NCBI GenBank assembly: GCA_020137815.1
Contig: CM035350.1
Span: 620,001-684,000 of the forward strand
Source of the DNA: Hormiphora californensis
Taxonomy: Eukaryota; Animalia; Ctenophora
Length of the DNA stretch: 64,000 nt
Direction: 5' to 3'
The notes under the pieces are model-generated. The model was not told where the DNA came from. It saw nothing but the letters and a program-made list of their open reading frames with translations, and searched no databases. The position numbers and the translations under genes are program-made. The stretch's first letter is position 1; every line of letters begins with the position of its first letter. Shown one piece after another: positions 1 through 35,527 of this stretch.

Positions 1-680
1 ATGGCGAAAATTCGGTATCCCCCTCACCAGTTCAGATGGCTTAAAAGATTCGTATCTCCCTCACAGAGTTAGAAGGCTATAATATATTCGTTATACTCTC
101 AACCAGGTTCAGAGTGTGCTAAAATCTCGTTCCCCCTCACCAGGTTCAGATGGCTAAATATCGTTATCCCCCTCAACCCAGTCAGATGGCTAAATATTTT
201 CGTATCTGAGCTCACAGGCTTCAGATGGCTAAATGAGTCGTTATCCCCCGAACTGCAATGCAGGGAAATGATCCAAACACATTGAGCAGACTGCCAACGA
301 TTTGGAGGCCCAGCGACTGAGGACAGAGTATGCGTTCAGGAAGCGAATACATGAGGTTTGTAGCATTTCTAGCAGTGTTACACAACTACACACTACTACA
401 CTAATTGAATAGGTTGTTATTGGCCCCAATGTGTTGCTAAATATTCGTTATCCCCCTCACCAGGTTCAGATGGCGAAATATTCGTTATCCCCCTCACCAG
501 GTTCAGATGGCTAAATATTCGTTATCTCCCTCACCAGGTTCAGATGGCTAAATATTCGTTATCTCCCTCACCAGGTTCAGATGGCTAAATATTCGTTATC
601 CCCCTCACCAGGTTCAGATGGCTAAAAATATTCGTTATCTCCCTCACCAGGTTCAGATGGCTAAATATTCGTTATCCCCC
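1..680 (+). repeat. 37-bp minisatellite (GTTCAGATGGCTAAATATTCGTTATCCCCCTCACCAG); degraded array 1-250 and clean array ~437-680
   Basis: Direct tandem copies are visible. The unit equals the splice-acceptor junction of the tektin exon starting at 3680. Confidence 0.9.
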
Positions 681-3600
681 GAACTCAATGCCAAAGTGGA
701 GAACTGTAAAACCATTGACTGGACGGCCTTCAAGAGACTCAAAAGAGAAAATAGCCAAACCGATCAATTCGATCTTACTGGATCTACATAATTTCTTGTG
801 TCTTCTTCAAGAACTTGTACTCAAGTAATGTCTCAAGCAATCTGAAGATCACCCGGACAAGTTGATTTCTAGCAATGCACCAACACCAGCTGAACTGGAG
901 ATCCAACAGATCATATACAAGAGGAAAAAAGAAGCACTTCTCTTTGAAATCTAACAAAAGTGCCTCCTTGATCTAATAAGGAACGAATGCTTAAAAATCT
1001 ATCTAGTGATATGAACGCTCTCACTCTTAAGCATCTAATGGCTCTCAGAACAGGTTGCTACCCATGGAATGCCTCAGTTACACCGTCTCCACAAAAAAGG
1101 TGACAAAGAGGAGCCAGACAATTACCGTGCCATAACACTCGGCAGCTGTCTTGGTAAGCTATTCTCATCATATTGCTTAGTCGCCTCATATCATTCAGGG
1201 CGAAAGTTGTCCAGATACAGCAACCAGCTAGGCTTTTGCAAAGGAGGACAAACTTCGGATCACCTCCTGTTCTGAAGACCATATTGGACAAATCTCAAGA
1301 AAAAGAGGTCAGGTGTACTCATGTTTTATCGACATCACAAAGCGCAGCTCGTTTGACCAGCAGCGGGAAGGTCACTCCTAAAAGCTAGCGGACATGGGGG
1401 TCGGCGGTAACTTCTTTCCTGTCTCCAGAATATGTACGAGGGATCAACTACGTGCATAAGGCTGGCGGAAAACTGTCTGAGTCGTTCTGCGTCCTAATCG
1501 GCACCGAACAGGGGCACCCCTTATCCCCCGAACTATTTAAAATGTTTGTTCACGAGCTATCCCATCTCTCAACGAAACACCAGGAACTTTCCCCCAACTT
1601 GACAACAAGCCAACCAATAACCTGATGGGGCGGACGACATTGTGGTCCTGGCTCTCAACAAGACTTCTTTACAGTCTCTTCTAGACACCCTGGGTCACTC
1701 ACAAGGACGTGGGAACTTGAAGTAATATTGACAAAACCCAGGTGTTAATTTTAACAAACAGGGCAGACTTCTACCGGAAAGCTATGGATTCAAGCTAAAT
1801 AACAAATCCTCAACCAACCAAGCACTATTGCTATCTGGGCTGATCTTCTCCGCAACAGGTTCCTCAAACAGCAATTGAAAACCTATCAACCAAAGGGAAA
1901 CGTGCAGTCTAGTTCTAAACGTACAATAAACTCACAGGCTCTCTCGGGCTGGAGTCTGATGAAGCTATTCGACCACCTAATTGCTCCCATCCTAACTTAC
2001 GGGGTACCGGTGTGGCTACCCACCACTCAAGCGGCAAGAGCGAGAACCGAGGAGATCATCTAGACCATAAAGGATACTTCAAGAGACTATCTAACCGATC
2101 ATTTTGAACGAGTACACTTGGATTTCTCAAATGGGTACTGGGTGTGCACAGCAAAAAACCAACACGGCAGTGTACGGAGGAAACGGGAAGAGCACCCCTA
2201 TCAATCTCGGTCCATCAGCAGTGCTCGAAATATTTCATTAGAACCCTGTCAAAAGCATCAGATGACCAAGACTCATCTTACTCGCCCTCGCCGTCGTGAA
2301 CAACGCAACTCTCACCTGGAGTGGTTTGACTTTTGGGACTCCACCCTAAGGATAGGCGGCAGAGACCAACTTGAACATCAACATGTTCACCACTGGGACG
2401 CACTGCGCAGCACCCAATCCAAACTCAGTTTCTCAACACGATTAAACAAGAGTATGGATACTCCCATACCTGGATCTACGAAGACAAGACAGAACACACG
2501 TCGCCAAACTGAGACTCGTGCTCACGACCTCCTTATCGAAACAGGTCGTTACACGGGTGACCTGCGCAATGCCGTTACTGTGTTGACAGATCAAACGCCG
2601 TACTCTCAACCAGCTACCTATGGCGGACCCATCTTTGAGGATGAAACACCCGCTCTATTTGACTGTCCCGAGTACAGGAACTGAGAAAGACACGCCAGAA
2701 ACTTCTCCAAATATCACTCAAATCAAAAGCAACATCACACATCTTCAATCCCGAACTGATCAACCACTCAACAAATTTCTGGCCGCATGTCGCACACATA
2801 GATTGAAAGTCCTGGGCCCGGCTAACTGCCTCAGGGCGAAGAACGGTTCCACTGATAAATCTTCATGTCCGGTGAAGAGTTGAGCCCACGTTTATCTAAC
2901 TCACTGCATGCTTGGGGTGGCTGTGAGGTGTGGTGTGTGTGTGTGTGTGTGTGAGTGTGGTGTGTGGCTTGAGGTATGTAGTGTTAGTTGGTGATTTTTT
3001 TTTTGTGTGAAATTGCAGTCTGTAGTTAGAGTTTAGTGGGAGGTTTTTTGGGAGTTTGGGTGAGTGAGTAGCAGGGGGGGTTGTATGCGTGTGGGTGATT
3101 GTATGGTGTGTGTTGGGTGTTTTTGTGCGTGTGTGTGCGTGCGGGGGTTTGAGTGTGTGTGTTAGGTGTGTGAGTGGGTAGTTGTGTGTGTGTGTGTTGT
3201 GTGCGTGCGTGCGTGTGTGTGTGTGTGGTGTGTGTGGTTTTATTCTTTTCTTCCTTTTTTTTTAGTCCGAACGAGGTGGTACAATTATTTATTAATTCTC
3301 ACTGTTTTTCGTTCCATTTATTTTAAACTAAACTATCCCCCTCACCAGGTTCAGATGGCTAAATATTCGTTATCCCCCTCACCAGGTTCAATGGCTAAAT
3401 TTCGTTATCCCCCTCACCAGGTTCAGATGGCTAAATATTCGTTATCTCCCTCACCAGGTTCAGATGGTAAATATTCGTTATCTCCCCCTCACCAGGTTCA
3501 GATGGCTAAATATTCGTTATCCCCCTCACCAGGTTCAGATGGCTAAATATTCGTTATCCCCCTCACCAGGTTCAGATGGCTAAATATTCGTTATCCCCCT

Positions 3601-4237
3601 CACCAGGTTCAGATGGCTAAATATTCGTTATCCCCTCGCCAGGTTCAGATGGCTAAATATTCGTTATCCCCCTCACCAGGTTCAGATGGCTAAAGATGAG
3701 TTGGAGTGGCAGCAGAGAAACACAAAACGAGAGATCGATGTTCTGATGGATGACATCAGGGGACTGAAACAGGCCATCGCCGACAAAAACAAACCCCTCG
3801 AGGTACATTTATACAGGCCTCTGGAGCTGAGTGTATTGTCAAATTGCTGTCCTAAGTTCTACCATACCACTTCACTTTCACACCAGCACATTTCTAAATC
3901 AAACTTTTGTTTAGACTTGATCAATTACCACGTGCTTGATGTGAAGTACACGGCTATAACTGGGCAACACTGTTCTAAATCAGTTACCTCAGAATTAAAT
4001 AGCATTTGTAACTAGTTCTGAGGAGGAGTTGCCTGGCAACTCAGACCATACACACTGAGCTGAGTAATAGGAGAACTGGAGTTGTGTTGCTATGGTAACC
4101 ATACCAGAAATCCGGCATAAATCGAATCTATCTCTTCTCGCGCTCCCCCTCAACTCTCACCTCTCTCCTCTCCACTCTCTCTCCTCTCTCTCTCTCTCCT
4201 ATCTCCTTCTTCTCTCGCTCTCTCGTCTCTCCTCTCT

Positions 4238-4300
<63 letters not shown>

Positions 4301-5604
4301 TCATTCTCTATAGCATCTTATTCATTATCCATAATGTCATTATGTTATGCGTATTTCACATCTTAGCTATCTAGCGAATAGAGATATCGAGTAGCTTGAC
4401 CCATACTATCTTTTCTTTTCTCAGCGATTTCTTACTTTATCTCCCTCTCTATGTCTTAACTATTCTTTCCATCTCGCTACTTCATTCTTTGTCATTGTTC
4501 TCTCTCTTTCCACCTCTCTCTCCCTCTCTCTTTCCACCTCTCTCTCCCCCTCTTTAAAACTTCCTGCAGCACCATGGAGATTATATGTGCTTGTCTGTCC
4601 GTTCGTATAACTATATGTGAAAGAAATGTGGGGAGAGAGGGGGGAAAGAGAGATGGAGAGAAAAAAAAGAGGTAGAGAGAGAGGGGAGACTGATCAAGTT
4701 GATCAAGTTTAGATGACATTGCGTTAGCAGAGGTTAGTGGTCAACCCTCCGTGACTCCGTTCGATAATTGATTGACTGGTTGCACTATGCACTGGACATT
4801 AATCGAAGCAGCGTGTGTTGTAGCTGAGTGTGTGCATGTGTTTTACCAACTCAAAAGAGAATGACAGAGAGAAAGAACGATAGAGAGGGAGATGGATTTC
4901 TGCAAGCTTTTGCAAGCACATCACACATGCATCATCAAGAGAAGTTGTCCTTTCTATCCTTCTCCCTCCCACTGCTAATCTAAACAATAAACACGTGTAT
5001 TGCAAGAATGAGGAGCAGTGAGATTGTGAGAATTGATCCAATGAATATCAGAAGGTCCCACATTACGGAGAGGTGCTACACTTCAATCATGTGTGTTCGG
5101 GGACACCTTACTACACAGCGCGCGCCCAACTAGTTGTCCCGCGCGCACCTCACTAATCTACACAAAGTGCACTTTTTCAGCACTTACCTTAACATTAATT
5201 GTGTGCAGGTTGCCGAGACGAGGTCCGAGAACAGGACCTACCGACCCCGTGTTGAGCTGTGCCGAGATGCACCTCATGATGGCCTGATAGAGGAGAAGAA
5301 TCTCCTCCAAAAGACTGTATCCAACCTGGTTGACAAGCACAACACTGCTGAGTAAGTCCTCAATCTTCTTAAATATTTTTAGAGTACACTCAATAGATTT
5401 GCTTTAAACGGCTGCACAACCTGTACATTTTCGAGTTTCGTCTATCTAAATCAACCCTTCCCTTTCAGTGATGCCCTAAATCAGCTTAAACAGACGATCA
5501 ACCGAATTGATGAGGATATAGCAATAAAGAGCGATTCCCTGGAGCTTGATGAGACCTGTATGACGAAGCGACAGAAGCTTCTCTTGGTGTCCCATAAAGT
5601 GTGA
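264..5604 (+). CDS. TEKT2: Tektin-2 (tektin B-like), 3' portion; exons ~264-355, 3680-3802, 5209-5351, 5469-5604
   Basis: GT-AG bounded, phase-consistent exons translate to IEQTANDLEAQRLRTEYAFRKRIHE / VQMAKDELEWQQRNTKREI... / VAETRSENRTYRPRVELCRD... / DALNQLKQTINRIDEDIAIKSDSLELDETCMTKRQKL. They carry the tektin nonapeptide RPRVELCRD. The first exon has an apparent 1-nt indel and an uncertain 5' boundary; the 5' part of the gene is outside the window. Confidence 0.9.
681..2900 (+). mobile_element. Decayed, 5'-truncated non-LTR retrotransposon (CR1/L2-group RT) in a tektin intron
   Basis: Frameshifted RT motifs: LHKKGDKEEPDNYRAITLGSCLGKLF, NQLGFCKG, GTEQGHPLSPELFKMF, ADD, IAPILTYGVPVW, HDLLIETGRY. 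Confidence 0.9.
3334..3694 (+). repeat. 37-bp splice-acceptor minisatellite, ~10 copies, last copy runs into the tektin exon
   Basis: Same unit as at 437-680. The final copy continues GTTCAGATGGCTAAA-GATGAG into coding sequence. Confidence 0.95.
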
Positions 5605-6340
5605 TTTTACCATTCTAAGCAGCCCAATGAACTGTCAAACCAATAGCGATTCTTTTAGAGCACAGAGTTATGATTTTGCGAGGTCACTGTAAAAAATGTA
5701 TAATACGAGCGTATCAGTCAATCGATTTTGGAAAATATCTCTAGTTCATGACTATAATAAGAACAGATGGACTCCATTCGTTGGAAAAGGAGGCCGAGGG
5801 GAAGTGACGGCCACGGCGGGCTGAAAATCACTCAACCTGGGTAGGAGGACACATGTACGCGCGAGAACCTCTACTCTGAGTTGGTTTGGCGGCGCGCGTT
5901 CCTTGACCACGCTCCCTCCTGCTGCAGTTGCGGGTCAGTTCGCACCACCAGAGGGGAGAGCGTGACGTGAGAGAGAAGGCAATCCTTTCAAAATTCAAAG
6001 ACATTCAATTGTATACAGCCAGACATACACACATTCTGAGAAGTCCTCCCTATTGCTAGATATTTCTTTCTATCTCTCACTGTCTCTCTCTTTCTATCTC
6101 TCACTGTCTCTCTTTCTATCTCTCAGTGAGAGACTCTCACTGTCTCTCTTTCTATCTTTCTCCTTGGTGGGAGGAGATAATTTATAAAAGGTGCATATGT
6201 GCACATGTAAGAGGGGGGTCATGGGGTAACATATAGCTTAGTAACACTAAAGACACTCGCTCATACTAAACAGTTGGGCACACACATATTACAATTGGCG
6301 GGGAAATGTTTATTATTCGGGGCACTGTCCACTGCAATAC

Positions 6341-28423
<22,083 letters not shown>

Positions 28424-28553
28424 TTTAGATGGGAAAAAGCGTCCGTAGGGGACATATGAACATTCTAAAATGAGAGGTTAAAACACAACCAAGAAGGTAC
28501 CATGCTAGCGAAAATTTCCCAAAAGTCAAAGATTAAGATCGAAGTTATAAATA

Positions 28554-28724
28554 CAGTCGGACCCCGATTTAGTGGCATCCTCGGGGGAAAAAAATCCTGC
28601 CACTAAATCGGGGTGTCACTAAATCGGGTTCAAATAATGTTAATTTCCTATATCGGGGAAAAAAAATCCTGCCACTAAATCGGGGTGCGACTAAATCGGA
28701 GGCCACTAAATCGGGGTCTGACTG
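28554..28724. mobile_element. Tc1/mariner (pogo/Tigger-like) MITE
   Basis: TA|CAGTCGGACCCCGATTTAGTGGC ... GCCACTAAATCGGGGTCTGACTG|TA; internal CACTAAATCGGG repeats. Confidence 0.85.
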
Positions 28725-29539
28725 TATGATAAAAGGAATTAGTAGATGTATTTTAGTTCACACAGCTCAGAGTCAGGCCTCAGGGAGGTGCCACTGGAAT
28801 TGCAGGGGCTTGTGCTCGAAGATAGGTCACATTTTCCAGCCCAGAAGGGGTTACACAATCACACCCTCTAATCAATGATGTCATTGGAAACTTGTCTCTG
28901 AACTCAAAAGGCGTTCCTACCAAAACCGGTAGCCCACAGTTACTGTGGCACAGAAGACTGCCGAAAATCAGATTCGGTAGCAAATTTTCAACCTCTGCGT
29001 GTGAGGTTTTCGTGATCCTGCACACGAGATTTAGAAATATTCTTAACGCGCATCAAAAACTATTTATTAGCGCGGTATTTAATTTGCGCGTGCAATATAA
29101 ACGTACGTGAACGCGCGAAAATTGTTAAATTTTATCCCTTAAAACTAGCGATAGCTCCCTGCAGTCTTCATTTCGCGATCATGCTGTGCTGTGAACCAAT
29201 CAGCTCTCTTCTCATTACTCAAGACTCAAAGAGACCTGATCCTATGTCACGTTGTACTTCACCTGAAACCCATGAATCTGATCGAATCTGATTGCAATTT
29301 GTTTCACACGATATAGAGATTGTCACATGGAAGCTTGTGAAACACCACTTTAGTTACATGGGGCTGGCAGTTCACATTGTCCCATGAGGAAAAAGAAAAA
29401 ACACGGTAGTTTCTGAAAGAAAATGAAACAGTTACAATACCCCATTACTTTCTACAAACATGCTTTAGAATTAGAGAGAGATAAGAAATACGGGTACACA
29501 CGCAGCTCCTTCCGTATTAACGGACAGCCTTTCTCTCTA

Positions 29540-29668
<129 letters not shown>

Positions 29669-30816
29669 ACCTATTACCATATTACATATTGCATAGATAA
29701 TGATCTAACAAATAAGAAAATCGTTTTATTGAACAAATCACCGAACAAAAGATCTATCATACAAACGGCGTTTAGATAATTCTTTAACATTTATAAACAC
29801 GTATATAAACACGATATAAAATATTGTGATGTAATATTTCCCTCGCCATATACCCACTAAAACTATTTGTAGCTGCAGTAGTATGAGTAGTGAGTATCAC
29901 CCCCAGACTCTCTCGATGATACCATGATTCATTGAGACGTGGCTCCATGAATCACTTAGTACGTATCAAAACACTCAGATGCTTAGTTATCTTACATCAT
30001 ATAAAATACCTCCCCCAAGTCACTCCTTATTTCAAGTGTGCCCCTCCCTTCTGAATCACCCCCAGAAAGGGGTACGAGGGAGAGAGAGATTCTAACTGCT
30101 TCATTATTATTACAGCAGCCCCCATCACGAACCTCTTTTAAATGTGTGCATGTCACCATCGTACTAAATTGAAACATCCTCGTGATTTTCGCTATCTTTC
30201 ACTACTGCTGGCTGTATATGCACAATCAGTCACATAATTCGAGGTATGCAAACACAAAGTCTGTGTGTTTATGTTTCACTGCACTACCCCCCCCACCACC
30301 ACAGTCTGTGTGTCTGTGTGTGAACTGTGAACCTGAGAGGTACCACCACGTATCCCCGTATATTTCACTACCCCCTCACCACAGCCTGTTTGTCTGTTTG
30401 TGAAGGTAGTAGCACCACGTGTTAGAGCATGAGTAGTTCCCCTAAAAGGTCGCCAGATGTTCCTCACACAATGAGTACAAATTACTCAGCCTCTCCTCTC
30501 TCTCACAGATACCTACTACAACATCCCTCTATTAAATCACACACACACACACACACAGACATAAAGAGAATAAAATAGAGACCACACCGCAACAAATACA
30601 ACTAAATACGGAATCTATAATCTATAAGGTCTAATGGAGATCTGAAGATTCTCTCAGCTGTACGTATCATAACACTAGGCTATATAACACTAGGCTACTA
30701 TAATCGAACTCAAACCGCAGCCTGTAACCCCTGAGAGAGGTCTTGCTACTACTCTCTCTACACAGGGTACTGTCTCTAAGAATATGCAGTAGGCCAGACA
30801 GGTTATAGTTGCACCT

Positions 30817-32055
30817 CTAAGAGTATGTGGGCCACACAGGGTATTGTCTCTTATTATCCTCATCAGTCCATTTCGCCAGCCAGCGTCCATCCACAGAGAG
30901 AGCTCCCTCCGAGAGACACTTGGATATCATTTCAACATATTCATAAAACAGTGTGTCATTATACCCCGCCTGTTTGGGACTTATCCCCTCCATGAACCCT
31001 ATATGGCCTCCCTTGGCAGTGACCACAAAGGCCACGTTAGGGTTCCGCTCAGTGAGATGGACAGGGATGGAGCACTCGGGACTAAACACATCATCAGCAG
31101 CATTAAGTGAGAGGAGGGGTATCCTGACGTGTAGTAGTTGGCGGTGTGGGGAGAGGGTGTCCCAGTATTCCTCCACATTACTATACCCATGGGTGGGTAC
31201 CACATACTTGCTATGTATCTCCTGCACAGTCCTGCATTTCAACACTTCCTCCACATTGACCCCACTCTTCTCGAAGAGGGCCCTGTTATTACTGATAACC
31301 TCCTTGTACCTATGTGTCAGGTAAAGGTTAAATATCATGTTGGAGGGTTTACTAAGACTCCTAACACTCTCAAATATACTCCACCCTGTGCTCTGTATCA
31401 TGGCTGCTGTGATGCCGCTATCCAGCCCATATTTAGCTAGGTAATGTACCAGTGTTATCCCTCCCATACTGGTACCACCCACCACTATCGGGGTCCGGGG
31501 GTACCTGAACTTGATAGCCTCCACTGCCAACTTTAGATCCTCTAGATTCTCATACCCGTCGTATGTTTTGGGGGTGTTTAGCACAACTCCCCCTGCACCC
31601 CTGTTCAGGAAGACTACTGACATGTAGCCTAGAGCCCGGAGCTGTGTGACCCAGGTTAGTAGGTAACTCTCCTGACTGTGTCCCGCCACTCCAGGCAACA
31701 GGAGACACAGCGGCCTGTCCTCTGGAACATTCTCTGGTTGTTCAATGGGCCACTCTAGTGCTACAGAGCCCCCATCAGGCAGCTTTATGAGCTGTCGGTT
31801 GTAACTAACAGGGGGTTTAGCTTTGAAGAAGAATCTCATGAGTGTCATTGAGTGAGTGCCGGTACACCAGGGAGTGGGGAAGTAACGGCGGTACAAGGTT
31901 GGAACTTCCTCCCTCAGGTAGGATCGGAATATGCCATGGGCAATATAGACAGAGGGCTTACGGACTGCGAATATGTAGTAGTGCAGGGAGTAGGCTATTA
32001 GGAAGAGAGTGAACCACTGGAAATACCATGGTACCAGTGACCACAACCATTCCAT
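30817..32055 (-). CDS. ABHD3: ABHD1/ABHD3-like alpha/beta hydrolase (YheT family), intronless CDS, 412 aa
   Basis: N-terminal TM anchor; PTPWCTGTHSMT, LPDGGSVALEW, LLPGVAG, nucleophile elbow GTSMGG, NAADDVFSP, GGHIGF (Ser-Asp-His triad). Confidence 0.9.
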   Translation of the reverse strand: MEWLWSLVPWYFQWFTLFLIAYSLHYYIFAVRKPSVYIAHGIFRSYLREEVPTLYRRYFPTPWCTGTHSMTLMRFFFKAKPPVSYNRQLIKLPDGGSVALEWPIEQPENVPEDRPLCLLLPGVAGHSQESYLLTWVTQLRALGYMSVVFLNRGAGGVVLNTPKTYDGYENLEDLKLAVEAIKFRYPRTPIVVGGTSMGGITLVHYLAKYGLDSGITAAMIQSTGWSIFESVRSLSKPSNMIFNLYLTHRYKEVISNNRALFEKSGVNVEEVLKCRTVQEIHSKYVVPTHGYSNVEEYWDTLSPHRQLLHVRIPLLSLNAADDVFSPECSIPVHLTERNPNVAFVVTAKGGHIGFMEGISPKQAGYNDTLFYEYVEMISKCLSEGALSVDGRWLAKWTDEDNKRQYPVWPTYS

Positions 32056-32069
32056 AGCTAGAGAGATAG

Positions 32070-32392
32070 AGAGAGGGTTAGTTGGAGAGGGAGAGAGAGA
32101 GGGTTACTTGGGAGAGAGGGTTAGTTGGAGAGGGTTAGTTGGAGAGATAGAGAGGGTTAGTTGGAGAGGGTTAGTTGGAGAGATAGAGAGGGTTAGTTGG
32201 AGAGGGTTAGTTAGAGAGGGAGAGAGGGTTAGTTGGAGAGGGAGAGAGGGTTAGTTGGAGAGGGAGAGAGAGGGTTAGTTGGAGAGGGAGAGAGAGGGTT
32301 AGTTGGAGAGGGAGAGAGGGTTAGTTGGAGAGAGGGGGAGAGGGTTAGTTGGAGAGGGAGAGAGGGTTAATTGGAGAGAGGGAGAGTTAGTT
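32070..32392 (-). repeat. 22-bp minisatellite (CTAACCCTCTCTCCCTCTCCAA) directly upstream of the ABHD start
   Basis: More than 12 copies, each with a CTAAC branch-like motif and a pyrimidine tract, ending at TCTCTCTAG|CTATGG. Confidence 0.85.
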
Positions 32393-33382
32393 GAAGAGGT
32401 TGGGTGAGGGACTACATGTTGTGAGGGATGGCACTGGCAGGAGGGGGATTCAATACAACGAACAGAAACTACTTTACAGTTGTACAAAGGGGGTTGTTTC
32501 GGTGGTTACTGTAGGTGGCAATGTGACACAGTAAAGGAGGGGGTAGGGAGAGTAAAGTAAAAAAAGAAAGGAGGAAGGAAGAAGATGTTCATCCATTTTC
32601 TGAACAAAAAAGAAAGGGTGGGCTAAAGCTTGATTGGTGAAAAATTTAATCTTTTCCGGGAACAAAAAAAAGGTTTTTTTAGTATGGCATTTGAATTTAA
32701 TCATAAATCCTTTGCATCGGTATTGGCCCTTTAGTTAGAAGGGGGGAGAAAAACAGGGGCCGGGGGTTTTGAATAAATAAAGGGGAAAATTAAAGGGGTT
32801 TGAAAGGTTTTTTGGTGGTAAATAAAAAACACAATGTTGGTAAAATTAGTTTCTCAAAACATGACAAAATTTTCACTTTAGGAGGCCTTTTGCTAAAATT
32901 TTAGAAATGACGAATCTGCTAAATGGAAACAACCAAGGGGAAATACCCGGGGGAAGGGGGTCTGTAAGAGTGGAACAAAACCCCTAATAGGGGTTTTTTG
33001 AGGACCTTTGGGGAAAATGAAAGGGGTAAAAGGGGGTGGGGGCCCTGGTGAGGGGGCGGCAGGGTAAAGGTAAAACATTTTATACGGGAAATAATTGAAA
33101 ACCAAGGTCAGAAAAAAAATTGTTTAAAATTAAATGGCAATTGGGAAAGGAGAAGAAGAAGAGGAAGAAAAAGGGAGAACAGAGGATAGATAAAGAAAGG
33201 AACCCAGGATAGACAAGGAGGAAAGGAGATACTCAGGGTTTTCTTTTTTGGTAAGATAAATAAAAGGGATAAAACCACCCATAAACCGTAATTGGGGGAC
33301 TTAAATCCCCCAACGAGGTTCGATGTCATTTGGGTTTTCTGATCCCCCACAATATATACAATTATAAATTGGTATTTTAACC

Positions 33383-34205
<823 letters not shown>

Positions 34206-34732
34206 AAAAGAAAAAGGTATCTGGTATATAATCACCTCCTGCAAAAAATCGTTTTATATCCCTCGCCTGTAATAGCTAATATTATCCTCCCTTGCTATAG
34301 GTATTGTCACTTAGTTAATGGAGGGGGAGAAAAAAGGGGCAGAGGGGCTGAATAAATGACGAAGGAGGAAAATGAGAGAGGGGTCTGAGAGAGGATTCTG
34401 AGTAAGGTAAATAGAAGGAAATAAAATGTGTGAGGATGAGTTTCTCTAAAGACATGACAAATGTGACACATTAGGAGAGCTGGCATGCTAATGTGTCTCG
34501 TAATGACGAGGATGCTGCTAATGAACATCACATACGGGAAATATACCGGGGAGGGGGCTGTGGAGAGGTGGTAACAGGGAGAGGGGGACCGATAAGGAGG
34601 GGATAAGAGGGGAGACTGGGGATGAAGAGGGGAAAGGGGGCGGGCAGGGTACAAATAGTAAAACACGTTACTCAATATAATTGAAAACCAGGTACAAAAA
34701 AACTTTGCTTACAGGTTGAAATGGCAATTAGT

Positions 34733-34866
<134 letters not shown>

Positions 34867-35222
34867 GAGAGAGACTCATGTGTATTACTTTGTGTGTGTA
34901 AGCGTATAATACATAATGATGAAACCAGAAACCTAAACCGTGAAGTTGAGCTGTGAAATACACACAATCTGACGGCTTCACTGTCAGATTGTGTATTAAC
35001 ATGTACACAATAATATACAAGTTATAAATGTATATAACGTGTATAATACATGGCTATACAAGAAACTAAAAGAGACCCAGCGAGGAACACACCTCACAGG
35101 ATAAAGATATATTTAATAAATGGGAGGACGGAGGTGAATTGCTTTATCTGGGGGTATGCTACGTGTTTGTCTACATATTATGTGGGGAATAATATTATTA
35201 TTCCATGTTGGCAACATGAGTG

Positions 35223-35284
<62 letters not shown>

Positions 35285-35527
35285 TAGAGAGAATATTATA
35301 GATAGAGAGAATAGATGGAAAAATCATAATGAGAGACGATGAGAGAATCAATGGGTGTCAAATCGTGTAAATTGCTAAAATACGCTTTTCAAACATAGCT
35401 TGCGTGTCATATGAAAAATAAAGCATGTGGCGGAAAGAACCCCCGCATATTGAATATTAAAAAAGATAAACTATTTTGAACCTGCTACAGTATAATAATA
35501 AATCCCTCACACTCTAATTCCCGGTAT

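Noticed and set aside
437-680. CRISPR-like array (37-bp repeats; also the 48-bp array at 11867)
   Set aside because: Repeats are head-to-tail with no unique spacers, there are no cas genes, and the context is eukaryotic.
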